From Gemmatimonadales bacterium (GTDB lineage: Bacteria > Gemmatimonadota > Gemmatimonadetes > Gemmatimonadales > GWC2-71-9): 64,000 bases of DNA. The translations under genes were made by a program, and so were the position numbers. Where the stretch lies: NCBI GenBank assembly GCA_965249575.1, contig OZ252244.1:1408001-1472000 (forward strand), in the 5' to 3' direction. Positions 1-10,330 of the stretch are shown here, piece by piece (the stretch's first letter is position 1; every line of letters begins with the position of its first letter). Below the pieces are notes generated by a model. That model saw only the letters and a list, made by a program, of their open reading frames with translations. It did no database searches and was not told the DNA's origin.

Positions 1-41
1 CGGAGTCGCCAACGGACGCCTTCGTGGGAATGGACACCCCA

Positions 42-1034
42 CTACCCAATGGCAACCATTCGGTTCAGCGCGGCGCGCGCACGCTCGGCCACCTCCGGCA
101 CAACGGAAATGACGTATTGATCGTGGAGCAATGAATCACGTACGCCCTCGAGGGTGATGGTCTTCATGAAGGCGCAGACGGCCTCGGAATCGGCGGGAAC
201 GAATTCTTTCTCAGGCGCGACTTTCCGCATCCGGTGGAGAATACCAGTCTCGGTCGCGACGATGAACGTAGAAGCCGAGCTCTCTTTCGCGACACGCACC
301 ATCCCCTCCGTCGACGCGATGTGCAGCCGGTCCGGATCGACGTCGCCCGTGCCAACCCCGTAAATGAGCTGGCCTGCGCACCCGCATTCGGGGTGCACCA
401 GTACTTCGGCATCCGGCAATTCGCTCCGGCGCTCGTTGACCCGCACCGCGTTGATGTTCTTGTGAACGTGACACTCGCCCATCCATACCTCGATGCGCCG
501 GTCCGGACGCAACCGTTTGATGTGCGCTCCGAGGAAGAAGTCCGGCAGGAAGAGAATGCCGCGGGCGGCTGGGATGGCGTCGACCACGGAAACGGCGTTG
601 CCACTTGTGCAGCAATAATCCAGTTCTGCCTTGACCTCGGCCGTCGTGTTGACGTACCCGACCGCGACATAGTCGGGAAACTCCGTCCGCCACCGGCGAA
701 CGTCCTCGGCCGTGATCGACGCGGCCAGCGAGCACCCGGCGCGCAGGTCCGGGAGCAGTACGCGTTTTTGGGGAGAGAGCATAGCGGCCGTTTCAGCCAT
801 GAAGTGCACGCCGCAAAAGACGATCACGTCCGCTTCCGTCCCCGCCGCCTGCCGCGACAAGCCCAACGAATCGCCCACATAGTCGGCGACGTCTTGCACC
901 TCGGGTCGCTGGTAATTGTGGGCCAGCAAAACGGCGGCACGCTGACGGGCCAGTGCGCGAATTTCTTCCTGCAACGCCGCCACCCGCTCGGGCGTCGACG
1001 TGTCGATCTCTAGTACCGGTACCGGTATCGCCAT
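42..1034 (-). CDS. nadA: Quinolinate synthase
   Basis: LAHNYQ, FCGVHFMAE, AGCSLA, CCTSGN, CHVH, VHPEC motifs; three Fe-S cysteines. Confidence 0.97.
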   Translation of the reverse strand: MAIPVPVLEIDTSTPERVAALQEEIRALARQRAAVLLAHNYQRPEVQDVADYVGDSLGLSRQAAGTEADVIVFCGVHFMAETAAMLSPQKRVLLPDLRAGCSLAASITAEDVRRWRTEFPDYVAVGYVNTTAEVKAELDYCCTSGNAVSVVDAIPAARGILFLPDFFLGAHIKRLRPDRRIEVWMGECHVHKNINAVRVNERRSELPDAEVLVHPECGCAGQLIYGVGTGDVDPDRLHIASTEGMVRVAKESSASTFIVATETGILHRMRKVAPEKEFVPADSEAVCAFMKTITLEGVRDSLLHDQYVISVVPEVAERARAALNRMVAIG

Positions 1035-1308
1035 GTTTTCTCACTCGTTCTACGGGCATCGGACCAAGCCCGGCCCGATACTCACCCTACGGTCGCATCC
1101 CCCAACTTGCCAGGTCACTCTTGTCGGGGCTAGCAACTAAAGATAACCGGTTTCCCACCGCCACGGCCTGCCGGTGCGACGAAAACGGCCTCGACAATTT
1201 GGCCGTTGGGCCCGCCCGCTGCACCAATCACGCCACTCTGCGCTCTACACCCCCATGATACCCCACTGGGGTTACATTTAGCCCTGTGGCTCGCCCCTTG
1301 CGGAGAAC

Positions 1309-2568
1309 ATGACGACAGAAACGACCGACATCCAGATCACGGCCGCCGGCGAGGAGCCGGGGGCCCGGAGCCTGCGCGTCGAGATCCCGGTGGACCGAGT
1401 GCGTGCTGCAGAACGGTTGGCCGCCTCGCACTTCGCAAAGCGGGGGAAGCTGCCGGGGTTCCGGCCCGGAAAGGCGCCGCTGGAGGTAGTGAGAAAGCGG
1501 TACGGGGACGCAATCAGAGAGCGCGTGGTCCGCGAGCTAGTGCGGGAGAGTTGGAGCTCCGCGCTCGAGCAGGAAAGCCTCGAGCCGCTTGCCGAGCCGC
1601 ACGTACACCATTTGAAGTTCGAGGAGGGGTCGCCGGTCACCTTCGAGTTCCACGTCGAGGTCAAGCCGGACATCCGTCTCGAGCGCTTGGGCGGCTTCAC
1701 GCTGGAGCGCCGCCCGGTCAGCGTTCCCGAGGAGGCGGTGGATGCGCAGATCGAGCACTTGCGAACGCAGAAGGCTCCTTGGGTGCCGGTGCAGTCGGGG
1801 AAGCCGGTCCCCGGGCAGTTGATTCAGGTGAGCATCGCCCCTATTAAGGAAGGGAAGGCGGCCGACGCCCAGCCGCGTCAGTTCGTGCTCGGCGGTGGGG
1901 AGGCGCTCCCCGCTCTCGAGGAGCGGATCCTGCAGCTGTCGGTGGGCGAGACGGATGATGCAGAGATCCGATTCCCCGACGACTTCCCGGACGAGGCCAA
2001 GCGCGGCACCAGTGCGCCGTTCCGAATCACGCTACACGAGGTCAAGCGGCAGGATTTGCCGGAACTCGATGACGCGTTTGCGCGCGAGTTGGGTGATTTC
2101 GATTCCTTCGCTGCGCTGCGGACGGCCGTCCAGACGGACCTCGAGCGGGACGCGGCCCGGGAAGCCGACGCAGACGTGCGGCGCCAAATGATCGAGCAGA
2201 TTGTGGCGGCGAACAACATCGTGGCGCCGCGGCCCATGGTCGAACGGATCCTCGGGGCATACGCGCAGGCGTACAAAGTGACCGACGACCAGGTCGAACG
2301 GTTCCGGACGGAGTTCGCCCCCATCGCCGAGGCGCAGGTCAAGCGGGACCTCGTGGTGAGCGAGATTATCGAGCAGCAGAAAATTTCGGCTACGGACGAG
2401 GAAATCCGAAAACAGGTCGCAGAGGCTGCGGCGCGGCGAAACCTGGATCCCGAGCAGCTCTACGCAACCCTCGAAAAGAACAACCGGCTGGGCGAGATCG
2501 CCCGGAACATTACCGAAGAGAAGGTGTTTACCCATCTTCTCGAGCAATCAACCGTGACCGGTACCTGA
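1309..2568 (+). CDS. tig: Trigger factor
   Basis: PGFRPGKAP ribosome-binding motif, FKBP-like middle domain, upstream of clpPX; GGAG SD. Confidence 0.96.
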   Translation: MTTETTDIQITAAGEEPGARSLRVEIPVDRVRAAERLAASHFAKRGKLPGFRPGKAPLEVVRKRYGDAIRERVVRELVRESWSSALEQESLEPLAEPHVHHLKFEEGSPVTFEFHVEVKPDIRLERLGGFTLERRPVSVPEEAVDAQIEHLRTQKAPWVPVQSGKPVPGQLIQVSIAPIKEGKAADAQPRQFVLGGGEALPALEERILQLSVGETDDAEIRFPDDFPDEAKRGTSAPFRITLHEVKRQDLPELDDAFARELGDFDSFAALRTAVQTDLERDAAREADADVRRQMIEQIVAANNIVAPRPMVERILGAYAQAYKVTDDQVERFRTEFAPIAEAQVKRDLVVSEIIEQQKISATDEEIRKQVAEAAARRNLDPEQLYATLEKNNRLGEIARNITEEKVFTHLLEQSTVTGT

Positions 2569-2571
2569 GCT

Positions 2572-3186
2572 ATGGCGACTCTCTATCCTCCCTATATCAT
2601 CGAGCGATCGAGTCGTGGCGAACGGAGCTACGACGTTTTTTCCCGACTCCTCATGGACCGGATCGTCTTCCTCGGCGCTCCGATCAATGATGACGTCGCC
2701 AATATCATCATCGCACAGCTGCTCTTCCTCGAGGCAGACAACCCCGAGCGGGACATCTACCTGTACATCAACTCGCCAGGGGGCGTGATCTCGAGCGGCA
2801 TGGCGATCTACGACACGCTCCAGTTCCTCCGGGCGCCGGTCAATACGATCTGCATGGGCATGGCGGCCTCGATGGGGTCGTTCCTCCTTTCGGCCGGCAC
2901 CAAGGGCAAGCGGGCGGCGCTGCCGCATGCCCGGATCATGATGCACCAGCCCTCCGGCGGCGTGCAGGGAACCGCGGCCGACATCGAGATCCAGGCGCGG
3001 GAAATCCTGTATCTCAGACAAAAGCTCAACGAGCTTTACAGCCAGCACACCGGCCAGCCGGTAGAGCAGATCGAGAAGGACATGGATCGGGACCGGTTTA
3101 TGTCGGCTGAAGAAGCGGTTGGCTACGGGATCATCGACCGCGTTATTCAGCAACGCATGCACCTCGATGGGAGCAAAACGACTTGA
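2572..3186 (+). CDS. clpP: ATP-dependent Clp protease proteolytic subunit
   Basis: [27 protein letters not shown] motifs. Confidence 0.98.
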   Translation: MATLYPPYIIERSSRGERSYDVFSRLLMDRIVFLGAPINDDVANIIIAQLLFLEADNPERDIYLYINSPGGVISSGMAIYDTLQFLRAPVNTICMGMAASMGSFLLSAGTKGKRAALPHARIMMHQPSGGVQGTAADIEIQAREILYLRQKLNELYSQHTGQPVEQIEKDMDRDRFMSAEEAVGYGIIDRVIQQRMHLDGSKTT

Positions 3187-3236
3187 CGGTCACCAGGCCC
3201 GGGGCCATACTAGGTCCTCCCAAACGCCACTAGCCG

Positions 3237-4487
3237 ATGCCACACGATAAGCACCTGCGCTGCTCTTTCTGCGGAAAGTCCAAGGACTCGGTACGGAAGT
3301 TCATTTCCGGACCATCCGTATACATCTGTAATGAGTGCATCGCGCTCTGTAACGAGATCCTCGCAGAAGACGAAGAGCGGGAGGTTGCCGAGGCGATCAC
3401 GCAGGTCCCGACACCCGCCGAGATCAAAGAGGTGCTCGACCAGTACGTCATCGGCCAGGAACGCGCGAAGCGGACCCTGGCCGTCGCGCTCTACAGTCAC
3501 TACAAGCGCACGAACTCGCAGCCGGCTCGTGAAGGAGACGTCGAGCTCGAGAAATCGAACATCATGCTGTTGGGCCCGACCGGAGTCGGCAAAACGCTGC
3601 TCGCGCAGACGCTTGCGCGGATCCTCGACGTCCCCTTCACGATCGCCGACGCCACAACGCTCACGGAGGCCGGTTACGTCGGCGAAGACGTCGAGAACAT
3701 CCTCGTTCGGCTGCTTCAAGCCGGCGACTTCAACGTGAGCGAGTGCGAGCACGGTATCGTCTACATCGACGAGATCGACAAAGTCGCACGGAAGAGCGAG
3801 AACCCGTCCATTACCCGGGACGTTTCTGGAGAAGGCGTCCAGCAGGCACTCCTCAAGATTCTGGAGGGGACGGTGGCCTCGGTGCCACCCCAGGGGGGCC
3901 GGAAGCATCCACAACAGGAGTACATTCAGATCAACACGAAGGACATCCTGTTCATCTGTGGGGGAGCGTTCGACGGGCTGGACAAGATCATCGAATCTCG
4001 AACCGGCCGCCGCCAGATCGGCTTCACGAAAGAAGAGGTCGAGGCCGGCAAAGCTGACGACTTCGACCAGAACCCGTTTCACCACGTAGAGCCGGATGAC
4101 CTCCTTCGCTACGGACTCATTCCGGAGTTGATCGGGCGACTTCCGGTCGCGGTGTCGCTCGATTCGCTGGATGCAGACGACCTCATTCGCATCCTCCTCG
4201 AACCCAAAAACGCGCTCACGAAGCAGTACCGGAAGCTCTTCGAGTTCGAAAACGTGCGTCTCACCTTTGATGCCGAGGCCCTTGGCGAGGTCGCTCGACA
4301 GGCCATCGAGCGCGGCACCGGCGCGCGGGGGCTCCGGGCGATCCTCGAAGAGGTCATGACCGACATCATGTTCGACCTCCCCAGCCGCGACGACGTGCGC
4401 GAAGTGGTTCTAACCAAGGAATCGATTGCCCACGGGCGTCCCCCACTGCTCGTAACCGAGCGGCCGCGAGCCAAGAAAGAAGCCTGA
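3237..4487 (+). CDS. clpX: ATP-dependent Clp protease ATP-binding subunit
   Basis: CSFCGK zinc domain, [24 protein letters not shown] loop, IGF loop. Confidence 0.98.
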   Translation: MPHDKHLRCSFCGKSKDSVRKFISGPSVYICNECIALCNEILAEDEEREVAEAITQVPTPAEIKEVLDQYVIGQERAKRTLAVALYSHYKRTNSQPAREGDVELEKSNIMLLGPTGVGKTLLAQTLARILDVPFTIADATTLTEAGYVGEDVENILVRLLQAGDFNVSECEHGIVYIDEIDKVARKSENPSITRDVSGEGVQQALLKILEGTVASVPPQGGRKHPQQEYIQINTKDILFICGGAFDGLDKIIESRTGRRQIGFTKEEVEAGKADDFDQNPFHHVEPDDLLRYGLIPELIGRLPVAVSLDSLDADDLIRILLEPKNALTKQYRKLFEFENVRLTFDAEALGEVARQAIERGTGARGLRAILEEVMTDIMFDLPSRDDVREVVLTKESIAHGRPPLLVTERPRAKKEA

Positions 4488-5077
4488 CCGAGGCGAGCTT
4501 CGTCGGCAGCTTCCCAGCCGCCGATTTCCGTATTCAGCCCAGACTCCCAGAGGTGGCGTTACTCGGCAGATCCAACGTCGGGAAGTCGTCTCTTATCAAC
4601 GCGTTGACGCGGCGGCGCGGTCTCGCCCGAACCAGCAAGACGCCCGGTAAGACGCGGGCCTGCAACGTGTTCGACATCGGTGGGAGGTATTACCTCGTCG
4701 ACCTGCCAGGATACGGTTTCGCCCGTGCGTCCCACGTCGAGCGTGCGGGGTTCGCCCGCCTACTCGAAGCCTACCTCTCGCGGCGGGAATCGGTGACGGG
4801 CGTGGTATGGCTCGTCGACGCCCGCCGGGACCCATCGGCCCTGGATCTCGAGCTAGGGGAACGGTTGGAAGGCAGCGGCATACCAACCTTAGTGGCAATC
4901 ACCAAAGTCGATAAGTTGAAACGATCCGAGCGCTTGCCACGGGTGCGAACCATCTTGGGGGGATTGAAGGTGCCGGAGGATCAATACGCGCTGACGAGTG
5001 CGAAGACGGGCGAAGGAATCGACGATCTCCGAGACGCGATCTTCGGGTTTGCCGTACAGCGTACTGGGGAACACTGA
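4484..5077 (+). CDS. engB: Ribosome biogenesis GTPase EngB/YihA (start extended to a probable CTG at 4484)
   Basis: [26 protein letters not shown]; the family-like N-terminus [14 protein letters not shown] lies upstream of the GTG at 4553. Confidence 0.93.
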   Translation: MTEASFVGSFPAADFRIQPRLPEVALLGRSNVGKSSLINALTRRRGLARTSKTPGKTRACNVFDIGGRYYLVDLPGYGFARASHVERAGFARLLEAYLSRRESVTGVVWLVDARRDPSALDLELGERLEGSGIPTLVAITKVDKLKRSERLPRVRTILGGLKVPEDQYALTSAKTGEGIDDLRDAIFGFAVQRTGEH

Positions 5078-5721
5078 TGAACCATCGAGGCCGCTACCGC
5101 GCTGTGTGCGCGGTGTGGATCGCCATTACCGCGAGCACATCGGCGCCAGGGGCCGCTCAGGCGCCGGGCGGAGGCGCGGCTGTCCTCACCGACACGCTCC
5201 CGCCTTCTGGTTTCGGAACCCTTCGCCGGGAGAACATCAGCGTCCGTCTCGAGACCGCGACGTTGCAGCTGACCGTGTTCCCGCTAGACGAGGGCGTCAT
5301 ACGCCTGCTCGCTCGCGATTCGTTCGAATCACTGCACCGGCTGAGGGTCTCCAAGGCTCAGGAAATCGCCGACGCGGCTGCAGCGCACGGCATTCGCGAG
5401 CCCACGCTGTTCGTCGTAACGTTTTTCGGACTTCAGGACCAGGCGAGGTTTCGGCCCGAGGAAGTCAACATCACCAACCAAAACCGGTTTTTCCGCCCCC
5501 TCGCCGTGCTTCCCCTCTCGCCCCTGTGGGGCGACCTCCGCGTCAACCAGCGGGAGACCGTGACCGCTGTGTTCCTCTACGAGAACAGCGTCGACCTGCT
5601 GGAACCACTCACCGTTTCCTACGAGGGGACCTCTAGCGACCGGTGGTCGAGCGTGCTGCGTGTGATGGAGCGGGAGCGGTCGCGCGTCTTTTCGCGGGCG
5701 TCTGGAGGCGAACGCCCGTAA
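5077..5721 (+). CDS. Hypothetical exported protein
   Basis: Signal-peptide-like N-terminus; TGATG coupling to engB; protein-like composition. Confidence 0.75.
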   Translation: MNHRGRYRAVCAVWIAITASTSAPGAAQAPGGGAAVLTDTLPPSGFGTLRRENISVRLETATLQLTVFPLDEGVIRLLARDSFESLHRLRVSKAQEIADAAAAHGIREPTLFVVTFFGLQDQARFRPEEVNITNQNRFFRPLAVLPLSPLWGDLRVNQRETVTAVFLYENSVDLLEPLTVSYEGTSSDRWSSVLRVMERERSRVFSRASGGERP

Positions 5722-6211
5722 CGGACTCCGGCTCCGTGCCGAAGTCCACGAGCCCCCCCCTGATTTCGCGCACCTCTCTCTTCGCCGGCCGCTTCTCCCC
5801 ACCGATTATGAGATAGTGCAGCCCGAATCCGAGTGCGTAGATCGACCCCAGAACGATGTGAGCAATCGCCATTGACTGCAGCCACCCCCGGTGGGTCAGT
5901 ACCTGGATGAGGTAGCCCGTCACGACCATCGGCCCGATCAGCAGCGTAATAGCCACCCCGCTCCGGCGGCCCCGAAGCGTCCCCAGCGCATAGTGCCGGC
6001 TGACGTGCTGCGCCACGAACAGACCAAGCGCAAAGAGAAGAATGGGCACCACAACGATGTGCGCCTTGAGAAACCACGGCTCGAGCGGGTGGTTGATCGC
6101 TGCCCAGGGATCATCCGCACGGACGAGGTACTTCGCCCAAAAATATCCCGCGCCAGTCAGCGTCGTGGCCACTGTGCTCGAGACGAGGAGCCGACTCGTG
6201 AATCGGTTCAC
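5633..6211 (-). CDS. Four-helix membrane protein, cytochrome b-like (DUF4405-like)
   Basis: GTG at 6211 overlaps the upstream stop (GTGA); about 4 hydrophobic segments with His residues (KAHI, AQHV, IAHI, GLHY). Confidence 0.75.
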   Translation of the reverse strand: MNRFTSRLLVSSTVATTLTGAGYFWAKYLVRADDPWAAINHPLEPWFLKAHIVVVPILLFALGLFVAQHVSRHYALGTLRGRRSGVAITLLIGPMVVTGYLIQVLTHRGWLQSMAIAHIVLGSIYALGFGLHYLIIGGEKRPAKREVREIRGGLVDFGTEPESVTGVRLQTPAKRRATAPAPSHAARSTTGR

Positions 6212-6783
6212 CGCTCGACACTCCGGGGTCGACCGAAGGGCTGGATCACCGAATGCAGCGCCAGTACCCGCCGTGATGCGTCCGTCACGGCCCGTGCGGT
6301 GAGCGTCGCCCCGGTTACGTTCACGATGTCTCTCTTGAGCGAGAGGCCATCCGTCAACGCCCAACCGCGGAAACTCGCCAGCCATCCCTCCGGCGCCCTG
6401 TAGTCCGGCGGCTCGGAAAACCGGAGGACCTCGATCCTTTCGATAGTGTCGTCTGGTGTGACGACCACCATCAGCACCTCGGGAAGCGTGCGCACCCGAT
6501 GGACATCGAAGTAGGCTGCTCCCAATCGTGTGCCGTGGAGCGTGCCCACGTAGTAGGTCACCACCCGCTGCTCGAAATCCGTCTGACCGCTGATTCGCCC
6601 GACGTCGCCGGTTTGCTCGGCAGTCAAGAACGCGGTTTCCCGCTCGACGGCCGCCGGGGCCGGGAAGGCCAGTCGGAGTGCTTCCTCTTGGGTGAGGGTC
6701 TGGGCATGAGTCCAGCCGGGCGCCACGACGAGCGCGACCCACACCGAGCCAAGAAGTCCGTGTCTCGCGGCGGTGTGCATCAC
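6208..6783 (-). CDS. Exported FMN-binding domain protein (flavinylation substrate)
   Basis: Signal peptide ending THA-Q; DIVNVTGATLTA matches the [S/T]GA[S/T] ApbE target motif. Confidence 0.88.
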   Translation of the reverse strand: MMHTAARHGLLGSVWVALVVAPGWTHAQTLTQEEALRLAFPAPAAVERETAFLTAEQTGDVGRISGQTDFEQRVVTYYVGTLHGTRLGAAYFDVHRVRTLPEVLMVVVTPDDTIERIEVLRFSEPPDYRAPEGWLASFRGWALTDGLSLKRDIVNVTGATLTARAVTDASRRVLALHSVIQPFGRPRSVER

Positions 6784-8189
6784 TAGAACAGGTACCCCAG
6801 GGCGACGTCGACCTCATCGACGCCGGTATCGGCCTCGTTCCGCTGCAACACGTAATCGGCCTTCAGTACGACGTTGGGGATCGGACGCCAGGCGGCACCG
6901 ATCGAAATCAATTCCTGGTCGTTCGCCGGATCGGGGGCGAACCCGGCTGGGACGCGTTGCTGCGTATTGATCCGTTCGTACCGGACGTAGGGAATCAGTT
7001 CGTGATCAGTGCGAGCATGCCGAAGCAGGTTGTAGCCCACGTGCACGTACCACCCAAGAAGCCGCTCGCCCACGGATGCCGATCCGGAGAGCTGCCGCGC
7101 TTCGTTGATCAGTGCCGCCTCGTCAACACTCGCGCCGGCGACGAGACCTCGAAAATCCAACCCATACGCGCGATACTCCGCGTGTCCTTCCCAGATCACC
7201 GTTCGGGCTCCGATTCGCCGTGCCGGGTTTGAAGCGACGACGTGGTTCTGACCCGAGTTGCCGGCGTACACCGACCCTCCAAAACGAGCACCTGCCGTCG
7301 AATAATCGAGCCGCGCGACCGCGGCGAACTCTTCCGCCGCCGCTCTCGAGCCCTTTTGACGCCCACCGCGGATTCCCGCCGCGCTGAAGCCACTCGCCCG
7401 CGAGGCACTGCCCCCAACGGCATCCAGTCCGTTCATCATATATGCGCGGTACGAGAACCCCGCCGCCTCACCGAAAATGCCGATCCCGTTCTCCCGCCAG
7501 GTCGAGGGAATGATCCGCTGCTCGGTTACCGAACGCGTCGCACCGAGGAACACCGGCGGCTCGTGAAGCTCATTGACGAATCCCATCGGTGACAGGAGCA
7601 AACCGGCTCGCAGACCGAAATGGTCGCTTGGCCGATAGTCCAGGTACGCGAACTCGAGCGATGCCGACCCTGCCTGCCCCGTCGAAGCGTGCTCGAGCTC
7701 GATTTCGCTGTTGAACAGGAACCGCCCGTTGAACTTGTATCCGACGTACACGATCCCACGGAGGGCATCGATCTGATCGGCCTTGCCCGATGGAGTGCCG
7801 TCCTGCCCCTCGCGCCGAAAATTCTGATACAGAAACTCTCCGTAGCCCCCAATCGACAATCCCTGCCGGACCTTGTAGGTCATCGATGCGCCGGGGCCAA
7901 AGCCGAGGATACCGGTATCGGCTGGCGCAACGAGGTCCGCCCCGAGCGCCATCGCCTCCAGCTGGCGCGTAAGGGCCTCGATCTGTGCGGCCTGCCGCGC
8001 AATGGCGAGGGTGTCCTCTCGCTTCAGCATTCCGCGGAGCAATTCGACCTGGCGCTCGAGCCCGTCTAATCTTCTCGTAGTCTCATCGTCCTGGGCGCTC
8101 GCAGGCGTCGACACGAGGCCCACACCAACGAGGGCCAACCCGATGAGTGCGACACAGCGCGGCGGCACCAACCCGTTACCGGACCGCAC
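6783..8189 (-). CDS. Outer-membrane porin-like beta-barrel with N-terminal coiled coil
   Basis: Signal peptide (ASA-Q), coiled-coil segment, aromatic-rich beta strands, C-terminal ALGYLF. Confidence 0.82.
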   Translation of the reverse strand: MRSGNGLVPPRCVALIGLALVGVGLVSTPASAQDDETTRRLDGLERQVELLRGMLKREDTLAIARQAAQIEALTRQLEAMALGADLVAPADTGILGFGPGASMTYKVRQGLSIGGYGEFLYQNFRREGQDGTPSGKADQIDALRGIVYVGYKFNGRFLFNSEIELEHASTGQAGSASLEFAYLDYRPSDHFGLRAGLLLSPMGFVNELHEPPVFLGATRSVTEQRIIPSTWRENGIGIFGEAAGFSYRAYMMNGLDAVGGSASRASGFSAAGIRGGRQKGSRAAAEEFAAVARLDYSTAGARFGGSVYAGNSGQNHVVASNPARRIGARTVIWEGHAEYRAYGLDFRGLVAGASVDEAALINEARQLSGSASVGERLLGWYVHVGYNLLRHARTDHELIPYVRYERINTQQRVPAGFAPDPANDQELISIGAAWRPIPNVVLKADYVLQRNEADTGVDEVDVALGYLF

Positions 8190-9315
8190 GCCTGGAGATC
8201 TCTCGAGTCACAGCGAGGTCCGCGGCCGGGTCGAGGATGAGGGGTTGCATGGCGGCGTTCCATCGCGCTTGAAGACCATCGGGCTGCCGGATCAAGAAGA
8301 GAACACCCACGTCCCCGCGGCTGTCGGCCCAGCGGTAGCCGGCTTCCGGACCGAGCACGAAGAGCGCCGTCGAGAGGATGTCGGCAATTAGGGGGTCGGC
8401 GGCAGCCACCGTGACGCTTCCCCACGGGCGAACTGGACGGCCGGTGCGCGGATCCAGCACGTGTCCCACGCGCCGCCCCGCGGCTTCGACGCACCGCTCC
8501 GACTGCGAGGTGGTGGCGACTGAGAGGTCGCTGAGCTCGAGCCGCTGGGCCCGAAGGCCGCGCCGGGCCGGATCGGCCACCACCACTTCCCAGGCCCGAC
8601 CCGATGGGGCGCGACCGATGGCGAGCAGCTGGCCGCCGAAGTTGAGGAGCGCCGACTGCACCCCTTTTTCCCGCAGCACGCGCTCCGCCTCCCGCAACGC
8701 CGCCCCTTTTCCAAAAGCGCCTGCATCGATCCAGCTGGCCGGTGACATGCGAGCGACCGTGCGGGCAGCGGGATCGATGACAAACCGCTCGCTCCCGGTT
8801 GCGGCGAGGGCAGCGGTGATCTCCGCATCAGTCGGCCACCTGCCGGACCCGCGGAGATCCCACGCGTCGATGAGCGGCCCGACGGTCGCGTCGAACGCAC
8901 CGGACGTCCGTGTGTGCCAGTCGAACGCCGCCTTGACGATGTCGAACACGCGGGTGGGTAGCGGCACCGGGCTCATTGACGGCGATGCATTGAGACGCGC
9001 CAGGTCGGTGTCGGGCCGCCACGTGCTCAGCATCAACTCCATCCCGCGCACTCCCTGGAACACGCCTTCGAGCAGGGCGTGCCCTTCGGCTCGGTCGGCT
9101 GCCCGGACGCGAGCATGTAGGGACGTGCCCATGAGGAACATCTCGCGCGTGACCCAAGCGCCTCCTGTCCGGGGGGGATCGCTGGATTCCCGCCTCGCGA
9201 TCAAGGGTGCGACACCGGCGGGCGTAACGCTTTGTGCCTCGGCAAGCCGAGGCAGGCTCAAGCCCACGCTCGCCAGGAGAAACAGCGAGACACAGGAGCG
9301 GTTTGGCGTTAGCAT
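8176..9315 (-). CDS. apbE: FAD:protein FMN transferase
   Basis: MGT, GAFDATVGPL..W, IDAGAFGKG, NFGG, ATTS, HVLDPRTG, ADILSTALFV motifs. Confidence 0.93.
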   Translation of the reverse strand: MLTPNRSCVSLFLLASVGLSLPRLAEAQSVTPAGVAPLIARRESSDPPRTGGAWVTREMFLMGTSLHARVRAADRAEGHALLEGVFQGVRGMELMLSTWRPDTDLARLNASPSMSPVPLPTRVFDIVKAAFDWHTRTSGAFDATVGPLIDAWDLRGSGRWPTDAEITAALAATGSERFVIDPAARTVARMSPASWIDAGAFGKGAALREAERVLREKGVQSALLNFGGQLLAIGRAPSGRAWEVVVADPARRGLRAQRLELSDLSVATTSQSERCVEAAGRRVGHVLDPRTGRPVRPWGSVTVAAADPLIADILSTALFVLGPEAGYRWADSRGDVGVLFLIRQPDGLQARWNAAMQPLILDPAADLAVTREISRRAVR

Positions 9316-9399
9316 AGTGGCGTGGCGAGAGCCCGTTTATTAGCCAATCCCACTGCGGCCGGAGCATTCGAGCGGCTGCGGTTATGGGCGTCGAAAGCG

Positions 9400-9418
9400 A
9401 ATGAGAATCATTCTCAAT
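9400..9418. promoter_or_regulatory. Fur-family operator (7-1-7 inverted repeat TGAGAAT-C-ATTCTCA)
   Basis: Perfect palindrome at 9402-9416 resembling the Fur box TGATAATnATTATCA, just downstream of the apbE promoter. Confidence 0.85.
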
Positions 9419-9431
9419 TAGCTTTATCCCA

Positions 9432-9460
9432 AATCTATCTATCGTCTTTTCGAGTGTCAA
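9432..9460 (-). promoter_or_regulatory. Sigma70-type promoter of the apbE operon
   Basis: TTGACA (9460-9455), 17 nt, TAGATT (9437-9432). Confidence 0.8.
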
Positions 9461-9493
9461 GCGCCGCCCGAGCCTTGGTCGGGGAGTGATATC

Positions 9494-10330
9494 ATGGTCC
9501 TTCGCCCGCTACGAACGCTGGCCACCCCCGAGCCGGCCGCGTACGTCAATGACGCGTGGCTCGAGGAAATCGAAGCGAGCCTCGCCGATCCAAAATGCGA
9601 CCGGTACCGGTTGTGCCGCGAACACCTCAGGAGGATCTACTATCCCGGCGTTGAGGACGTCGACACCCTCATCGAGGACCCATCGACCCCGGCGGCGACG
9701 CGAGCCGCGCTCCTGGCTCTCGATGCCAGCCACGTCACGCTGGAGCCGGAGTACTACGGCGAGATCGACCCCGACCGATACGTGGCGGTCAAGCCCCTCC
9801 TGTGGTTATGGCAGAGTTTCGACCGCTCTCCGCTGGGTGGAGGCAACGTCGCGCTCGGCGTCCAGCTTCGGCGGATCCTGGCCCGCTACATCTTTCGCCG
9901 TTGCGGCACGAACTTCAAATGCTTTCAGTTCGTCGAGTTCTCGTTCGGATACTTGATGGAGGTCGGCGACGACGTGGTGATCCACCGGCACGTGTTGCTC
10001 GACGACCGCGGCGGCATCCAGCTCGGCAATGGCGTCTCCGTCGCGGACTACGCCAACATCTATAGCCACAGCCACTCGATCGTCGATCAACAAGACGTGA
10101 CCGACTCGAAGACCGTGCTCGATGATGGGGTCCGCATCACCTACCATGCGACCGTGCTCGCCGGCGTGCACGTCGGACGCGAAGCAATGGTGGGGGCCGG
10201 AGCGGTCGCAACGAAGGACGTCCAGCCCTATCACGTTGCATTGGGCGTGCCCGCCCGCACGGTCAAAGTGAAGCCCAACGCACCGCCCTCCACGACCCAG
10301 AAATCCCCCGGGCGAGGCGATTCGTCGTGA
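9494..10330 (+). CDS. Hexapeptide-repeat acyltransferase
   Basis: Left-handed beta-helix repeats; VGAGAVATKDV..GVPAR C-terminal motif. Confidence 0.9.
   Translation: MVLRPLRTLATPEPAAYVNDAWLEEIEASLADPKCDRYRLCREHLRRIYYPGVEDVDTLIEDPSTPAATRAALLALDASHVTLEPEYYGEIDPDRYVAVKPLLWLWQSFDRSPLGGGNVALGVQLRRILARYIFRRCGTNFKCFQFVEFSFGYLMEVGDDVVIHRHVLLDDRGGIQLGNGVSVADYANIYSHSHSIVDQQDVTDSKTVLDDGVRITYHATVLAGVHVGREAMVGAGAVATKDVQPYHVALGVPARTVKVKPNAPPSTTQKSPGRGDSS

Noticed and set aside
5633..5721. 89-bp convergent overlap between two CDSs
   Set aside because: A non-conserved-looking C-terminal tail in GC-rich DNA where stops are rare; no evidence of function
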